From the NCBI GenBank assembly GCA_951406725.2, contig OX597814.1, forward strand, positions 118,978,001 through 119,042,000: a DNA stretch of 64,000 nt. Direction: 5' to 3'. Shown one piece after another: positions 51,432 to 64,000 of this stretch (within the stretch, counting starts at the first letter, position 1; each line of letters begins with the position of its first letter). Source of the DNA: Octopus vulgaris. Its lineage: Eukaryota. Under the pieces are notes generated by a model. It was given only the letters and a program-made list of their open reading frames with translations. It did no database searches and was not told the origin of the DNA. Both the position numbers and the translations under genes were made by a program.

Positions 51432-52706
51432 AATATAATTCAAAACAATGTAATTCCGATCTGCTACGTGGAACCTTTAAACTTCTAATTCTGCCGGCGG
51501 GAAAAACAGTCACTGTAAATGTATAGGTTTCTCTGCATTAAAACAAAGCGTAGAATTAAGCTTGTACTATAACGATGGTACCAGAGAATAGAATATAATG
51601 GGACGTATGTTGAAAAATATACGCTTTTTGTGTGTCATTTGTTCGAACTATGCATTACAGCTTGAAATGCGAAGAAAACGTTTGACTGAAACTAGTACAT
51701 GTGTACGCAAATAACCACAACTAGACACACACGCGCACAAGTTTAATTTTATAGAAATTTAGTTAAAGTGTCATATTTTCCGCAATAACCATGCAGTAAT
51801 CTCATTAATTATGTTGATAATACATCTGGGATGGCATCTTTCGTTACTACAGCTGTACAAAAGAGCAATCATATGTTGGGACGGTTTCAATCTGTTCTCA
51901 CCTTTGTATCAAACGTATGGAAATCAATACCATTGATATGTAGGAACCGAAATATTATGTTCACACTACATTATCTTTGTGAAAATATTTATTCTCTTGA
52001 TAGTGTTCGATTTCTAAACGTCTGTTGAATCAGATGTTTCAGTGATGTGGAATAATTAATCATGCAAATATGGTAATTATTCATATATTTAATGCTTTGC
52101 TTGCATACGTATCACTATAAAATTCACAAAACCCACTCCTGCGGCAAAATTACTGCTGAAAGATGATAATTTTAGACTGGAATACGGTTGACCGCATATA
52201 TTTACATATTTCCGAACATCTGTTTAATAACATATATACATAAATAGTATCTCTTCTGCTGAATACAAAGTATGAAAATTACTATACTGATGACGCTTAT
52301 TGAAGCAGAAACACATGTGTACAGCTGTCCTCTTGGTTGCAGTAAGAGAGTATTTCCCTTAATGGCACGAATATTTATTCTTGGAATTACGTGCAGTTTC
52401 TTTTTATTTGGAGTCGGTGACCATTGCTACTGTGCATGAGTTTATTCTTCTCAGGAATGTAAGATAAGATCCATAGACCAACAACTGAGACAGTGTTTCA
52501 TTCCTCCATATTAATCTTTGATATTTTGTATCCATGATACTGGGCAATCTGATTAATTACTGCTAGATAATTTACATTCTGTAAAATATATACAAACACT
52601 TATATATGCATATATATCAGTGTACGTATATACAAATATATACTCTCACACACAAGTGTGTGTGCATGTGTGTATGTGTGTATGTGCGTGTGTGTGTTTG
52701 TGTGTG

Positions 52707-52740
<34 letters not shown>

Positions 52741-52924
52741 AAATACTTATACACGGACGCACAAAATCGCTGTACCTTAATTTTTGAAGTTAGCTCATCG
52801 TTATCATATAGACAAGCTGATAAGATTAAAACTATTCACTTAAACCAACTTGTGCAAAGATAGATAAATAGATAAATAGAAAGAAAGATAGATAGATAGT
52901 TATGTATATGCCCATATATAAATT

Positions 52925-53165
52925 GGTGCAGGAGTGGCTGTGTGGTAAGTAGCTTGGTTACCAACCACATGGTTCAGGGTTCAATCCCACTGCGTGGCAC
53001 CTTGGGCAAGTGTCTTCTAATATAGCCTCGGGCCGACCCAAGCCTTGTGAGTGGATTGGTAGACGGAAACTGAAAGAAGCCCATCATATACATATATATG
53101 ATTGATTGATTGATTGATTGATTTTAGTTTCAGCTCATGAGCTGTGGCCATGCTGGGGCACCGCC

Positions 53166-53241
<76 letters not shown>

Positions 53242-53560
53242 GTATGTATATATATATATATATATTATATATATATATATCTATATGTATGTATGTATAT
53301 ATATATATATATATATATTGTGTGTGTGTATGTATGTATGTGTGTGTATATAGTTGTGTGTCTGTGTTTGTCTCCCCAACACCACTTGAAAACCGATGCT
53401 GGTGTGTTTATGTCCCCGTAACTTAGCGGTTCGACAGGAGAGACCGATAGAATAAGTAATAGGCTTAGAAAGAATAAATCCTGGGGCCGATTCGCTCGAC
53501 TAAAAGCGGTGCTCCACCATGGCCGCATTCAAATGACTGAAGCAAGTAAAAGAGTAAAAT
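52925..53560 (+). mobile_element. SINE family A, full length with expanded internal microsatellite
   Basis: Head 52925-53090 and tail 53355-53560 match 16769. Confidence 0.92.
53099..53170 (-). mobile_element. Inverted SINE A-type tail fragment ending in (ATCA)n
   Basis: Minus strand GGCGGTGCCCCAGCATGGCCACAGCTCATGAGCTGAAACTAAAATCAATCAATC. Confidence 0.8.
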
Positions 53561-53598
<38 letters not shown>

Positions 53599-54110
53599 TA
53601 TATATATATATAGGTATAAACAATCACACAGATACAATATATAATACAACTTTCACTACTGTATTCTAAACCATAAACTATACATAGCAACTACCATCAT
53701 TGCTGCCGTTATATTTTTTTCCAGTTCAAAGTCTCTTCATAATACACGCAAATTAATAATAGCCCTATGAATAATCAAGAACAATGGCAGGCCTATTGCA
53801 TAAGTAAAGCAGCTAGCATGAAATCGTGACCAATTTTTTACCTAAGTTAATCTCTCACCCAAATAACTCTAATATATAGGCTTGCTATTCTACTAATAAT
53901 TAATTAACTTCCTTAATTAAAGCCCTTGCCAAAGGCATAGTTGTGTTGCAAACACACATGTTATGGTATTTCGTAGACAGGCATTGATAAGAAGTAGTAC
54001 ACACACACACGTTCACACACTTAAACGCATACACACATATATATATATACAGACATATACATGTACGTATATAAATATATACATGTACGTATATAAATAT
54101 ATACATGTAC

Positions 54111-54163
<53 letters not shown>

Positions 54164-54341
54164 TATACATATATACATATATATACATATATAAATATAT
54201 ATACATATATATATGTATATATATAAGTGTAGGCATGCCTGTGTGTGTGTATATATATATGTGTGTGTGTGTGTAATAGAAGTATGTTACAAAAAGAAAA
54301 TAGAAACTACACGAGGAAATGTAAGGGGAAAGTAAGAAGAA

Positions 54342-54426
<85 letters not shown>

Positions 54427-55066
54427 GTGTGTGTGTGTGTGTGTGTATTGGTGATATGGTGGCAGAAGTGGGTATTTGAATAAATAGCAATTTGTGCATC
54501 CGACTTAACATGGACGTACAGTCACACCGCCACAAAACCTCGGAGATCGTCTTGATAAGGAATCTTATATAGACGCATGAGGCTAAAAAAGTATAGACAT
54601 ATCAGGTGCGAACGAAAAATGTCCCGCGCCCGCGTTGGAACAGCTGGATCATGTGATTTCTACGTGATTTGTGCGACCAGGGGACGCTAGAAATTTAAAG
54701 TGACGTTATCGAAACGAACAAGATATTGTGAGAGAAGGACAAGATGTTTAGAAAGATTGGGAGGAGGGAAAAAAAACAAAAGATAAAACAAAATGAAAGT
54801 GAGAGAGAGAGAGAGCGCGAAAGGGGAAATTTTGGAGTGCCTCCGCCGAAACAAATGTAGATGATTCCCTGATGTAAATGGTTTAACAACATCCTGAGAT
54901 TTCTTCTCTTTGTTCAGATTTCCTATTTTCCATTAAATACAACTTGCTATTCCGTATTCAAATCCTGGGACACTGAAGCAATATTTTGCTACCTTGTAAC
55001 AATTCCCCTGGATATTTCCTTTAAATTGTAAACTATACATACATACATACATATATATATATATAG

Positions 55067-55156
55067 TTGATCGATTAAAGGCGGTGCTCCAGCATGGCCG
55101 CAGTCAAATGACTGAAACAAGTAAAAGAGTAAAAGAGTAAAAGAGTTAAAGAGTAA

Positions 55157-55158
<2 letters not shown>
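55067..55158 (+). mobile_element. SINE family A tail fragment with (GAGTAAAA)n terminus
   Basis: GGCGGTGCTCCAGCATGGCCGCAGTCAAATGACTGAAACAAGTAAAAGAGTAAAAGAG. Confidence 0.88.
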
Positions 55159-55224
<66 letters not shown>

Positions 55225-55225
55225 A

Positions 55226-55497
55226 GGAGGCGCAATGACCCAGTGGTTAGGGCAGGAGCTCGAGGTTGTAGGATCACGGTTTCGATTCCCAAACCGGCCA
55301 TTGTGAATGTTTATTGAGCTCCGGCATGGGGTGGTGGCGATCCCTGCTTTACTCTTTCGCCACAACTGTCTCTCACTCTTTTCTTCTGTTGGCCTGCTCG
55401 CTTAGCCAGCGGGGTGGCGTCATTTGAAAGTTAAAACAATGCGAAGCGCATTGTGACCAGCGATGTGTAGCAACATCTGATAGCCCGCTCGGTCACG

Positions 55498-55503
<6 letters not shown>
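55226..55503 (+). mobile_element. SINE family B, tail type 1
   Basis: Reverse complement of 16372 and 27023. Confidence 0.9.
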
Positions 55504-55539
<36 letters not shown>

Positions 55540-55606
55540 AAAGACGAAGCAGGTATATATAGAGAGAGAGAGAGAGAGAAACAAACAATTGTATTAGTAT
55601 GGTAGG

Positions 55607-55637
<31 letters not shown>

Positions 55638-56149
55638 CGAGGGGACTCTTTCAGTTTCGGTTTCCCAAATCCACTCAGAAGTATTGAATGGTCAGTACAA
55701 GGTACTTGATTGGGGGGTGGAGCTGGAAGGTGGTGGGGTGTTAAAGGAGTGTGTTTTGTGTAGCATTTGGATGGTTGACCTTTCGTCAAAAATCTAATGA
55801 CCATCTGTTTTACAAAATTCTTTCTCTTAGTCATTTTCTATGTTTTATTTGCGTGTCTGGGGTGGTGTTAATGAGGTGTAAGATACTTGTCTTTTGATAA
55901 AAAATGTTTGTTGATAGCAGTGTTTTTCTATATTATCTATTTTGGTTTGGGAGGGGAGGTGTTGAAGATCATGATGGCTCACATAATGTTTCCCTATAAA
56001 TACACATCTGCACACCTACACATCATCATCCGTACACCCACACCACAGACGCACACACTTACACACTCACTCATCCACACACATCAAAATCACTAGCCCA
56101 TACCCCCACACTCACACACGCATTCACGCATACACATACGCGCACGCGA

Positions 56150-56395
56150 ACCTAGGTTTTGGATTACCAATATGTTATTATCTCTTTCCACCTCTCCTGT
56201 CAAACCTTTTTTCCCAACCAGTCGCCATGCTTGATCGCTAAATCCATACGTTTTTTTTTTAAATTCTCTGTTTTCTCATATTTCTTTCCATTGAAGAGCG
56301 TAGGCCCGAAGCATAAAAGACGTTCTCACATTCTCGAGCATCAAACTAATACACCTGTTTGTTGTTCACACACCTGCCTTCATGTTTTGCAAGGA
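56150..56395 (+). mobile_element. Penelope-like terminal fragment with decayed hammerhead (56283-56320)
   Basis: TCTTT-CCATTGAA-GAGC gtag GCCC-GAAGC-ATA-AAAGA; aligns with the reverse complement of 26746-26960. Confidence 0.55.
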
Positions 56396-56753
56396 CTGGA
56401 CTGTAGGCATGATGAGACAACAATTTCAACCCCTCAATTTCTTCAAGTTTGCACTTGGTCGCATTGACAGCGTGTGTTGGGACATTGTTCTGCCGTAGAA
56501 ATGTCTTTCTCCAACACACATATATATATATACATATACTGTGTTTTGGAAGAGTGATTCTCTTTTAGCGCCTTATTAATTTAACACGCTGATCGTTCTG
56601 CTTTCCACGCATTTATTTTTACTAAAACTTTCGCTGCATCTTTTCAGTAATCGTTCACTCCCTTATCGGAACAGAGTTCTCTTTTTACTTTGCATGCTTG
56701 TGCGTCAGTGTGCGTACACATATACATATGTATGTATGTATGTGTGTGTAAGA

Positions 56754-56813
<60 letters not shown>

Positions 56814-56990
56814 CTGCAGTCTGAGAATTACCGGTTTAGTAAATGTTTTTATCTTCATTTCACTTAATTTATCAAGCTTCTGTATTCCTAGCACATATTT
56901 CGCCTTAATGCACTGATATATGAAAAATATATGGCTTGTGTTAGTAATACCAGCGATTATAATTATTTTTATTTTATCGCAATTTGATTT

Positions 56991-57154
<164 letters not shown>

Positions 57155-57266
57155 GAATGTTGCAAACCAAATGCCAAAACGAAATATATAAATATATACA
57201 TATATTCTTATATAGTCATCTCCATAAATTGATCTATCTCCCTCACACACTAACTGTTTCTCTCAC

Positions 57267-57317
<51 letters not shown>

Positions 57318-57344
57318 ATATATATATATATATAAATATATACA

Positions 57345-57753
57345 TATTGTGGTTGTCTACTCCTTATGCAGAGTTTGACCACTTCTTGTACCTACACCTT
57401 CGCACCATCAATGGCATCTGGTGTGCCTTTTTAAACTAGACAATGTTCTGAAAAGAGACCCACACATATTGCACATCTGATTTGGACTACCAAGGGCCAT
57501 ATGTAAATTCTGATCTTTGTGGATATTGAAATGTCTTTTGAGGCCTCAGTTAGATTTCCAAACCTTCCAGTATACACTGCATTGAAACGTGTGCACAGAC
57601 ATATAGACAGAATAGTTGGTGGGGGTTCGTTTTCCATGGGTTCGCAGATGGGATTTCAGCCCAGCAAAAGACAGACATGGTCTGTCACAAACTGTGCACA
57701 CAAAAAGGCCATTGTCATACACCTTCTCAATCATAACAATCTTCCTTAAATCT

Positions 57754-57755
<2 letters not shown>
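57345..57755 (-). pseudogene. RTE-like LINE 3' end encoding three C2H2 zinc-finger motifs
   Basis: One frame: [62 protein letters not shown]; short 3' UTR running into (TA)n. Confidence 0.65.
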
Positions 57756-57815
<60 letters not shown>

Positions 57816-57826
57816 GCACACACACT

Positions 57827-57873
<47 letters not shown>

Positions 57874-58229
57874 GTGTGCTAATCTTTGTGTGAGTATGCG
57901 CGTATGCTTTTGTGTCTGTGTATCTGTGTATGCACGCGCGCGTGTATGTCTTTGTGTGCATAATATATGCATCCATTTATACAAATTAAACTTTCAGCAG
58001 CTTAAACTCTAATTAATGATAAAATACGACACTGCCAAATTAATGTTATCATACATATATACAATCACACACACGCATACACACACATACATACATACTT
58101 ACACGGATTTATATACAAAAGCATGTACATATATATGTATGTATATGTATATAAATCCATGTACATATGTATGTGTGCATGCTCGTGTGTGGTTGGATAT
58201 ATGTATGGTTGTATACATACATATATATA

Positions 58230-58287
<58 letters not shown>

Positions 58288-58619
58288 TGAATTAAAAAGT
58301 GAATTGTGTGCTAGTATGATTGATGTAGCAGGCAAACCGATATTAATTAATAATAATTAAATATCAGTGATGAAAATAATCATTATCTAAATTAATTGTC
58401 CAAAATATACAAGGGAGACAGCCATGAAATTTTAATTAATGAAAATTAATTAAATATGGGAAGAAGCCATGAACAAATCTGATCTTTAATAGGCCAGTGA
58501 CAACATCGGATATATTTCTAGCGTTTTGGGTCTCAGCAGCTAAACGTTTCTCAAGTGTAATTGCAAGATCTCACACTGACAATGGAACTTTAATATTTTG
58601 GGGCGTGAAAGTCTCTACT

Positions 58620-58880
58620 CTAAAGACTTGTGTTCGACGGAGTCGGCTAGGTTCATGTGACATCCTCTGAACCATTTTCGTGCCAGTTGCCGATATTCCT
58701 ACTTTCACCAATGTTGTTTCACACCTTCATTCGTCTGCTGATGAATTTTCTAGAATTCCTTCTGTGCTCATGTCTTCTCAGAGTTGTTTACCAACAGATG
58801 TTCGACGGGAACATTAATTTCAGGAATTTAACCAGTATTGAAAACCGTGGATACTGCTCCATTCTGCGGACCCAACAACA
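58620..58880 (-). pseudogene. Possible decayed RTE LINE C-terminal fragment
   Basis: VRRMEQYP and NWHE remnants resembling GHVxRM...W..lA.dR. Confidence 0.3.
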
Positions 58881-59274
58881 ACCAGACACATACACACATA
58901 CACACACACACGCACACACACACATACACACACACACGCACACACACACACACACATACACACACACACACATGCACAAACACTTAAATAAAGCACTTCA
59001 TTTTACATCATTCTAGTCTACTCAGTTGAAAATGAATTCTAGCTGAGTTCTTGTGTGGCCCTGTCTCCCTCCAACAGTCACAATCCGAAAATATCATTGG
59101 ATCACGCGTTGAAGATAGAGGCTCTCTCTATCTTCTTTTGATTACATAAGCAACTAAATTAGTGAAAGAAAATGTATAAGAATGGTCGAATTGCGACTCA
59201 TGGAGCTCCTAAGCACTTAAAAGATTTTGGTGCCTACATATATTTATTTTTCAAAATGCAAGCATGATAATAAT

Positions 59275-59519
59275 AAATAAATACGCCCTTTTAAAGCCTA
59301 GCCAGGCTCATGGGCCAGGTTTCTATGGCATATGTGTTCCTCAGCTGAACAGGACGCCAGTCCATCGCAGCGTTACTCATATTTGCCAGCTGAGTGGACT
59401 GGAGCAACGTGAAATAAAGTGTTTTGCTCAAGAACACAACGCGTCGCACGGTCCAGGAATCGAAACCACAATCTGACGATCATGATGCTAACACCCTAAT
59501 CACTAAGCCACGCGCCTCC
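59275..59519 (-). mobile_element. SINE B-related copy with CORE-like body and tail type 2
   Basis: Minus strand GTGTTCTTGAGCAAAACACTTTATTTCACGTTGCTCCAGTCCACTCAGCTG, then GCGATGGACTGGCGTCC...GGGCGTATTT. Confidence 0.85.
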
Positions 59520-60722
59520 ACACAAACATGATAAATCATAAAATAATTTTTCAATTTTACAAACTGCAACAAAACTAACAGTAAGATGTAAAATAATCTA
59601 CTTATATTTGAACATTTTCTCTTAAGTTCTTCGATTGCAAAGCCTTCGATCACGTCCTCACTATGACACTATGAGCTCTTCGAAATTACACTTCTAACCA
59701 TATAAACTACTTCGAATATTATTTTAGTAAGTTTAAAGTGATTTCTGTTGCGCTAGTGCCCCATTTTTTTCTTGATACCCTGAGCACGTGCTTAATTTGT
59801 TTAATGGTTAATCCAGCGCTAGTTACAAGCTACCGAGTGTTACTCGCTGTGAGTGACTGCAATGATTCTGCTTCATATGTCAAACATATATTTAAAGGTT
59901 TCGTAACAATATATCATTGGATTATTTCTATGTAGTCTCAGTCTTCAAATCTGAGTGTCGGCTAACTCCAATCTGATTAATTTTATACCAGACTTATTAA
60001 TTCAATTTTAATAAACATTTAATTTTATTTAATAAACATTCAGTTTTAATAAATGTATTATCAATAAATGCATATGGTTAATCTACATCACATTTAGCAT
60101 ACATCAGGAAAATATACAGATGTTTTATATTGTAATGAGGAACTTTTTAACAGACATTTCAAGACATCTTGATGTAAATATCAACATCTGTTTGGAACTG
60201 AGAGCTTTATTACGTCTACGAACGGATTACATGTGTACTTGTTAGTTTGTTTGTGCGTGTGTGTATGTGTGTATGTATATGTATGTGCCTGTATGAGTAC
60301 GTATGTGTGTACGTGTGTGTGTGTGTGTACGTGTGTGTGCATGTGTCGGTGTGTGTGCAAAACTTGAGAACATTAATATTGCAAAATTATTTACCTCCAG
60401 TACGTGTAGATGCATTTTCTATTATGCGGTAAACAACAAATCTATACATCCACGTTCACTTAGAGTTGGTAGAAAATCATATAAAAGAACAAAATCAAGA
60501 ATTGAATCGAGGCAGGAAGTACAAATCGCAATAAATTAAGGTTCGTTTTGTGGATTGGGGATATAGTGAGAAACCGCATTAATAAATGACCACAGATATT
60601 TATGAAAATACAATTGAAATTTTTGATGTTACCGGTTATTCTAAACTTTAAAATATCTAATTTAGTAAGAGTATCATAAGCTGAAAATATTTTTTATTCA
60701 CCTTCCCTCATTTACTTTAGAC

Positions 60723-60999
60723 TAGTTGTTCCTAAATCTTTCGGGCTGCCGCCCTCTTGGCACCCATGCCACATTCCTAGTCATTGCAAACATAAATATC
60801 TTTCTGGGCAAATTCAAAGCAACTGTATTTAACAAATTAAACTTAACCTAGTCAACCAATTATTTTGTTGTTTTTACACAAACCACTACCCCATTATTGC
60901 CCACTTTTTACATGAATTGCTACCCATTATGGTCCCACATTCCTCGGACCTTTCCACCGCCCCCAGTGAGTGCAATACCGTCCACTTTGGGATCCACGT
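60723..60999. mobile_element. Degenerate hAT (Charlie-like) MITE
   Basis: Ends TAGTTGTTCCTAAA / TTTGGGATCCACG resemble CAGTGGTTCCCAAA TIRs; no TSD recognised. Confidence 0.5.
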
Positions 61000-61248
61000 A
61001 ATTATCATGACACCTAGGCATGGGCAACGTTTGCTCTCAGAATGACAAAAATCGAAATGCCTTGTTAAATTTTGTTCCATTATTAAATTTTGAGTGTGGC
61101 TTCGTTTCGTAATCAGAGTATCATACATTCAGGATATTACACAGACAAGACAGCTCCTTTTCAAAGTATTAAGTATAAAAGAATTTGTGGTTAATGAAAT
61201 ACGATGGCACAACCGAGCAAAGACATTCGTTTACATTCCATTATTTTT

Positions 61249-61546
61249 TATTTATGCGCCCTTTTCAAGCCTAGCCAGGCTCATGGGACGGTTTCCCGGT
61301 TTCTGTGGCGTATGTGTTCCCCCCTCCCAGCTGGACGGGACGCCAGTCCATCGCAGCGTTACTCAAGAAACAGAAAGAGAGAGTGAGAGAGAGTTGGGGC
61401 GAAAGAGTACAACAGGGGTCGGCACCCCCCCTACCTGAGCCTCATGGAGCTTTAGGTGTTTTCGCTCAATAAACACACACAACGCCCGGTCTGGGAATCC
61501 TCCGACCGCGAGTCCGCTGCTCTAACCACTGGACCATTGCCCCTCT
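61249..61546 (-). mobile_element. SINE family B, tail type 2
   Basis: Matches 8015-8325. Confidence 0.9.
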
Positions 61547-61924
61547 ACTTACATTCCATTGACGAAATTAAAAGCCACATACGAGACATGTCAGGCAAAT
61601 CACAGTATTTGTGAAAGTCGGTGTGCACAATGTTGATATTGCTATGGCCTAAACTAATTCAACTAAGATTAAAAAAGAAAACTTACATAATAAGATTTTA
61701 ATTTAAGTAAAGAAGCAACGGACCTTTGTAAATGTTTCTATGCAGACTAAAGCTTCTTCATTCGTCCTATAACAAGTAGCCATCGTGTAGCATTGGCATG
61801 AGAAGAACATCTATTGTCAGAATGACACAAACTCGAAAAGTCCTTTGTTCAAGTGGTAAAATTTGAGCGTGGTTTTGCCTTATAAACTTTTGCCATAAGT
61901 CTCTTTCCGTATGCAAATATATAA

Positions 61925-62335
61925 CATTTTTCTTTATTACCCACAAGGAGCTATACACAGAATGGGACAATACAAAACAAAATAAACATAAACTCGGGGA
62001 ACTTAAAATACAAAAAGAAGATGAATTAAGACGAAAAAATTATAGAAAACGAATGAAAATATGAAAACATATAAATGAGGCGCAATGCCCACTCGACCCC
62101 CTAAATCGAATGGTTACATTTCGACAATTTTTTTAACCTTTTTTCATGAATGAATTTCACAGAAATTACAATTGAATTTTTCATTTTTAGTCTCTCATAA
62201 TCCATTATGGTAGGTGGGCTTTCATGTAGCCGACACCATTTCACCAGTTTAACGTTCTTTGCAAAGCCCTCCATGGATTTGTCGTAATTCTCCCCAGGTA
62301 TCAGAATACCGCCATCATATAACATTTATTACTGT
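61925..62335 (-). mobile_element. LINE-like 3' end with residual ORF
   Basis: ORF 62101-62325 followed by a T-rich UTR ending TCTGTGTATAGCTCCTTGTGGGTAATAAAGAAA. Confidence 0.5.
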
Positions 62336-62350
62336 ACATATGATAAATAA

Positions 62351-62568
62351 GGTGGCGAGCTGGGAGAGTCGTTAACACGCCGGGCAAAATACTTAACGGC
62401 ATTCCCTCCGTCTTTACTTTCTAAATTCATCTTCTGCCGAGGTCGGCTTTGTCTTGTATCAATTGGGGGTCAATAAAAGAAGTACCATTTGAGCACTGCG
62501 ATCGTTGTAATTGACCTATACCCTCTCTTGAAATTGCTGGCCTTGTGCCAAAGTTTGAAACCAGTATG
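62351..62568 (+). mobile_element. SINE family C with GAAATTGCTGGCCTTGTGCC tail
   Basis: GGTGGCGAGCTGG head and GAGGTCGGCTTTG core. Confidence 0.85.
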
Positions 62569-63419
62569 ATAAATAAATCTATTTGGGTAATATTCCTCAT
62601 ATACATTAAATAGATGAAAAGATGTTCTTATACAATTTCCCTATATTTGTATGGGTGATGAGTATAACAAAACAGTTTTCTCGACATCACTTTATATAAC
62701 AGAGCCGTCTCGATATAAGACTCTACTGATTCTTCTTATTTACACTATTATTAGTAGATTGTAAATATCTAAGGTAGTTAATTAAGCCATCGATATGTAA
62801 TAAATCAAACCGAAATGCTACCAATAGACACTTCTTCAATATTTATAACAACTAACATTGAAATATTGCGACTATTTACGTTAGTTTCTGCTCTTCATTT
62901 TCTGTCTTTCAAAGTCGTTAATCTTTGTATGTTGGGAAATAATCATATTTCTATTGAATTCTTCGTTCAAAAGGTCAAACTTGTATTTCTTTGATAATGA
63001 TCTAGACGTCATACATGCATAATTATATTATAATTCTCTAGTGGGTTTTATTTTTAAAATTACTGATCTGTCAAAATATAAATTAGACATGAAATTACTA
63101 TGTGCAACATAATATATTCAAATATTAGGTATTCTTGATGACATTGGTTTGTATTTCCAATTTGATTTTGGATGAGAAATATTTCACTGTTTACTTTTAT
63201 GTGGAGATGTATATGCCAACGAGAATGTTCGTGTGTGTTTCTATGAAAGAAGCCACATAATGTGGCCCAAATTCCAATGCCATATAGTTCTAATCTTTGA
63301 TTTCATCACAGCTTTCTCAACTTTCTCCTTGTAGTCCAACTTTGTAAAAAATATATTTATATGCGAGTGCATATGAGCACATATACACACAGATATATAG
63401 ATAAATGGATGGATAGATA

Positions 63420-63510
<91 letters not shown>

Positions 63511-63769
63511 CATATATATATATCAAATAAAATCAAAAACAGAACACAAAGATATCGCGGTACTCGTGTTTCAAGCTTTATAAACAACCCAGTGTATAAT
63601 TGATATAAAAGATGGTTTAAAGCTCTCTTCAGCTGCAAACATTGTTATTCCAAAACTAAAGTTACATCACACTATAAAAAATATGGTAAGTACATGTAGT
63701 ATTACCCATTATTATAGGTATATCACATCTCCCTGCGAAAGTGTATTTGTAAAATTTCGTAACTGTATG

Positions 63770-64000
<231 letters not shown>

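Larger units (their letters stand above)
49854..51547. repeat. ~116-bp inverted repeat pair (49854-49969 and 51432-51547)
   Basis: GCAGAGAAACCTATACATTTACAGTGA...CCCGCCGGCAGAATTAGAAGTTTAAAGGTTCCACG and its reverse complement, with few mismatches. Confidence 0.9.

Noticed and set aside
54470-54966. GC-richer block with weak inverted ends (TTTGAATA..AATAGCAA / TTGCTATT..TATTCAAA)
   Set aside because: The match is short and AT-rich with no TSD, so it cannot be classified as a MITE or LTR.
55765-55810. Minus-strand CAGATG-GTCA...TGAC-GAAAGGTC
   Set aside because: The core is mutated and stem I does not pair.
56615-56655. Minus-strand CTGAAAA...GCGAAAGTTTTAG hammerhead-like string
   Set aside because: Stem II is mostly missing and positions 3 and 8 are unpaired; too degenerate to call.

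Overview
AT-rich, microsatellite-saturated eukaryotic DNA with no supportable host protein-coding exon. Most ORFs in the track are translations of (TA)n/(CA)n/(GATA)n/(AAAG)n repeats. The tRNA-derived SINE families resemble octopus (coleoid cephalopod) SINEs as I recall them, so this is probably an intron or intergenic region of an octopus-like genome (inference, no search run). It contains about 25 SINE copies of three families with interchangeable cores and tails, plus decayed LINEs (RTE, HERO-like, L1/Tx1-like), mariner/pogo/hAT relics, two non-autonomous Helitrons and a fossil RepHel. The most notable signal is RNA-structural: at least nine minimal type I hammerhead ribozyme (HHR) motifs, mostly in Penelope-like terminal fragments, with the 3-8 tertiary pair occurring as C-G, U-A and A-U. 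One canonical HHR (26352-26446) lies in a young 1.54-unit tandem of a 533-nt non-coding monomer whose 5' edge falls at the predicted cleavage site, a candidate retrozyme/circular-RNA retroelement. All alignments and folds were done by eye.
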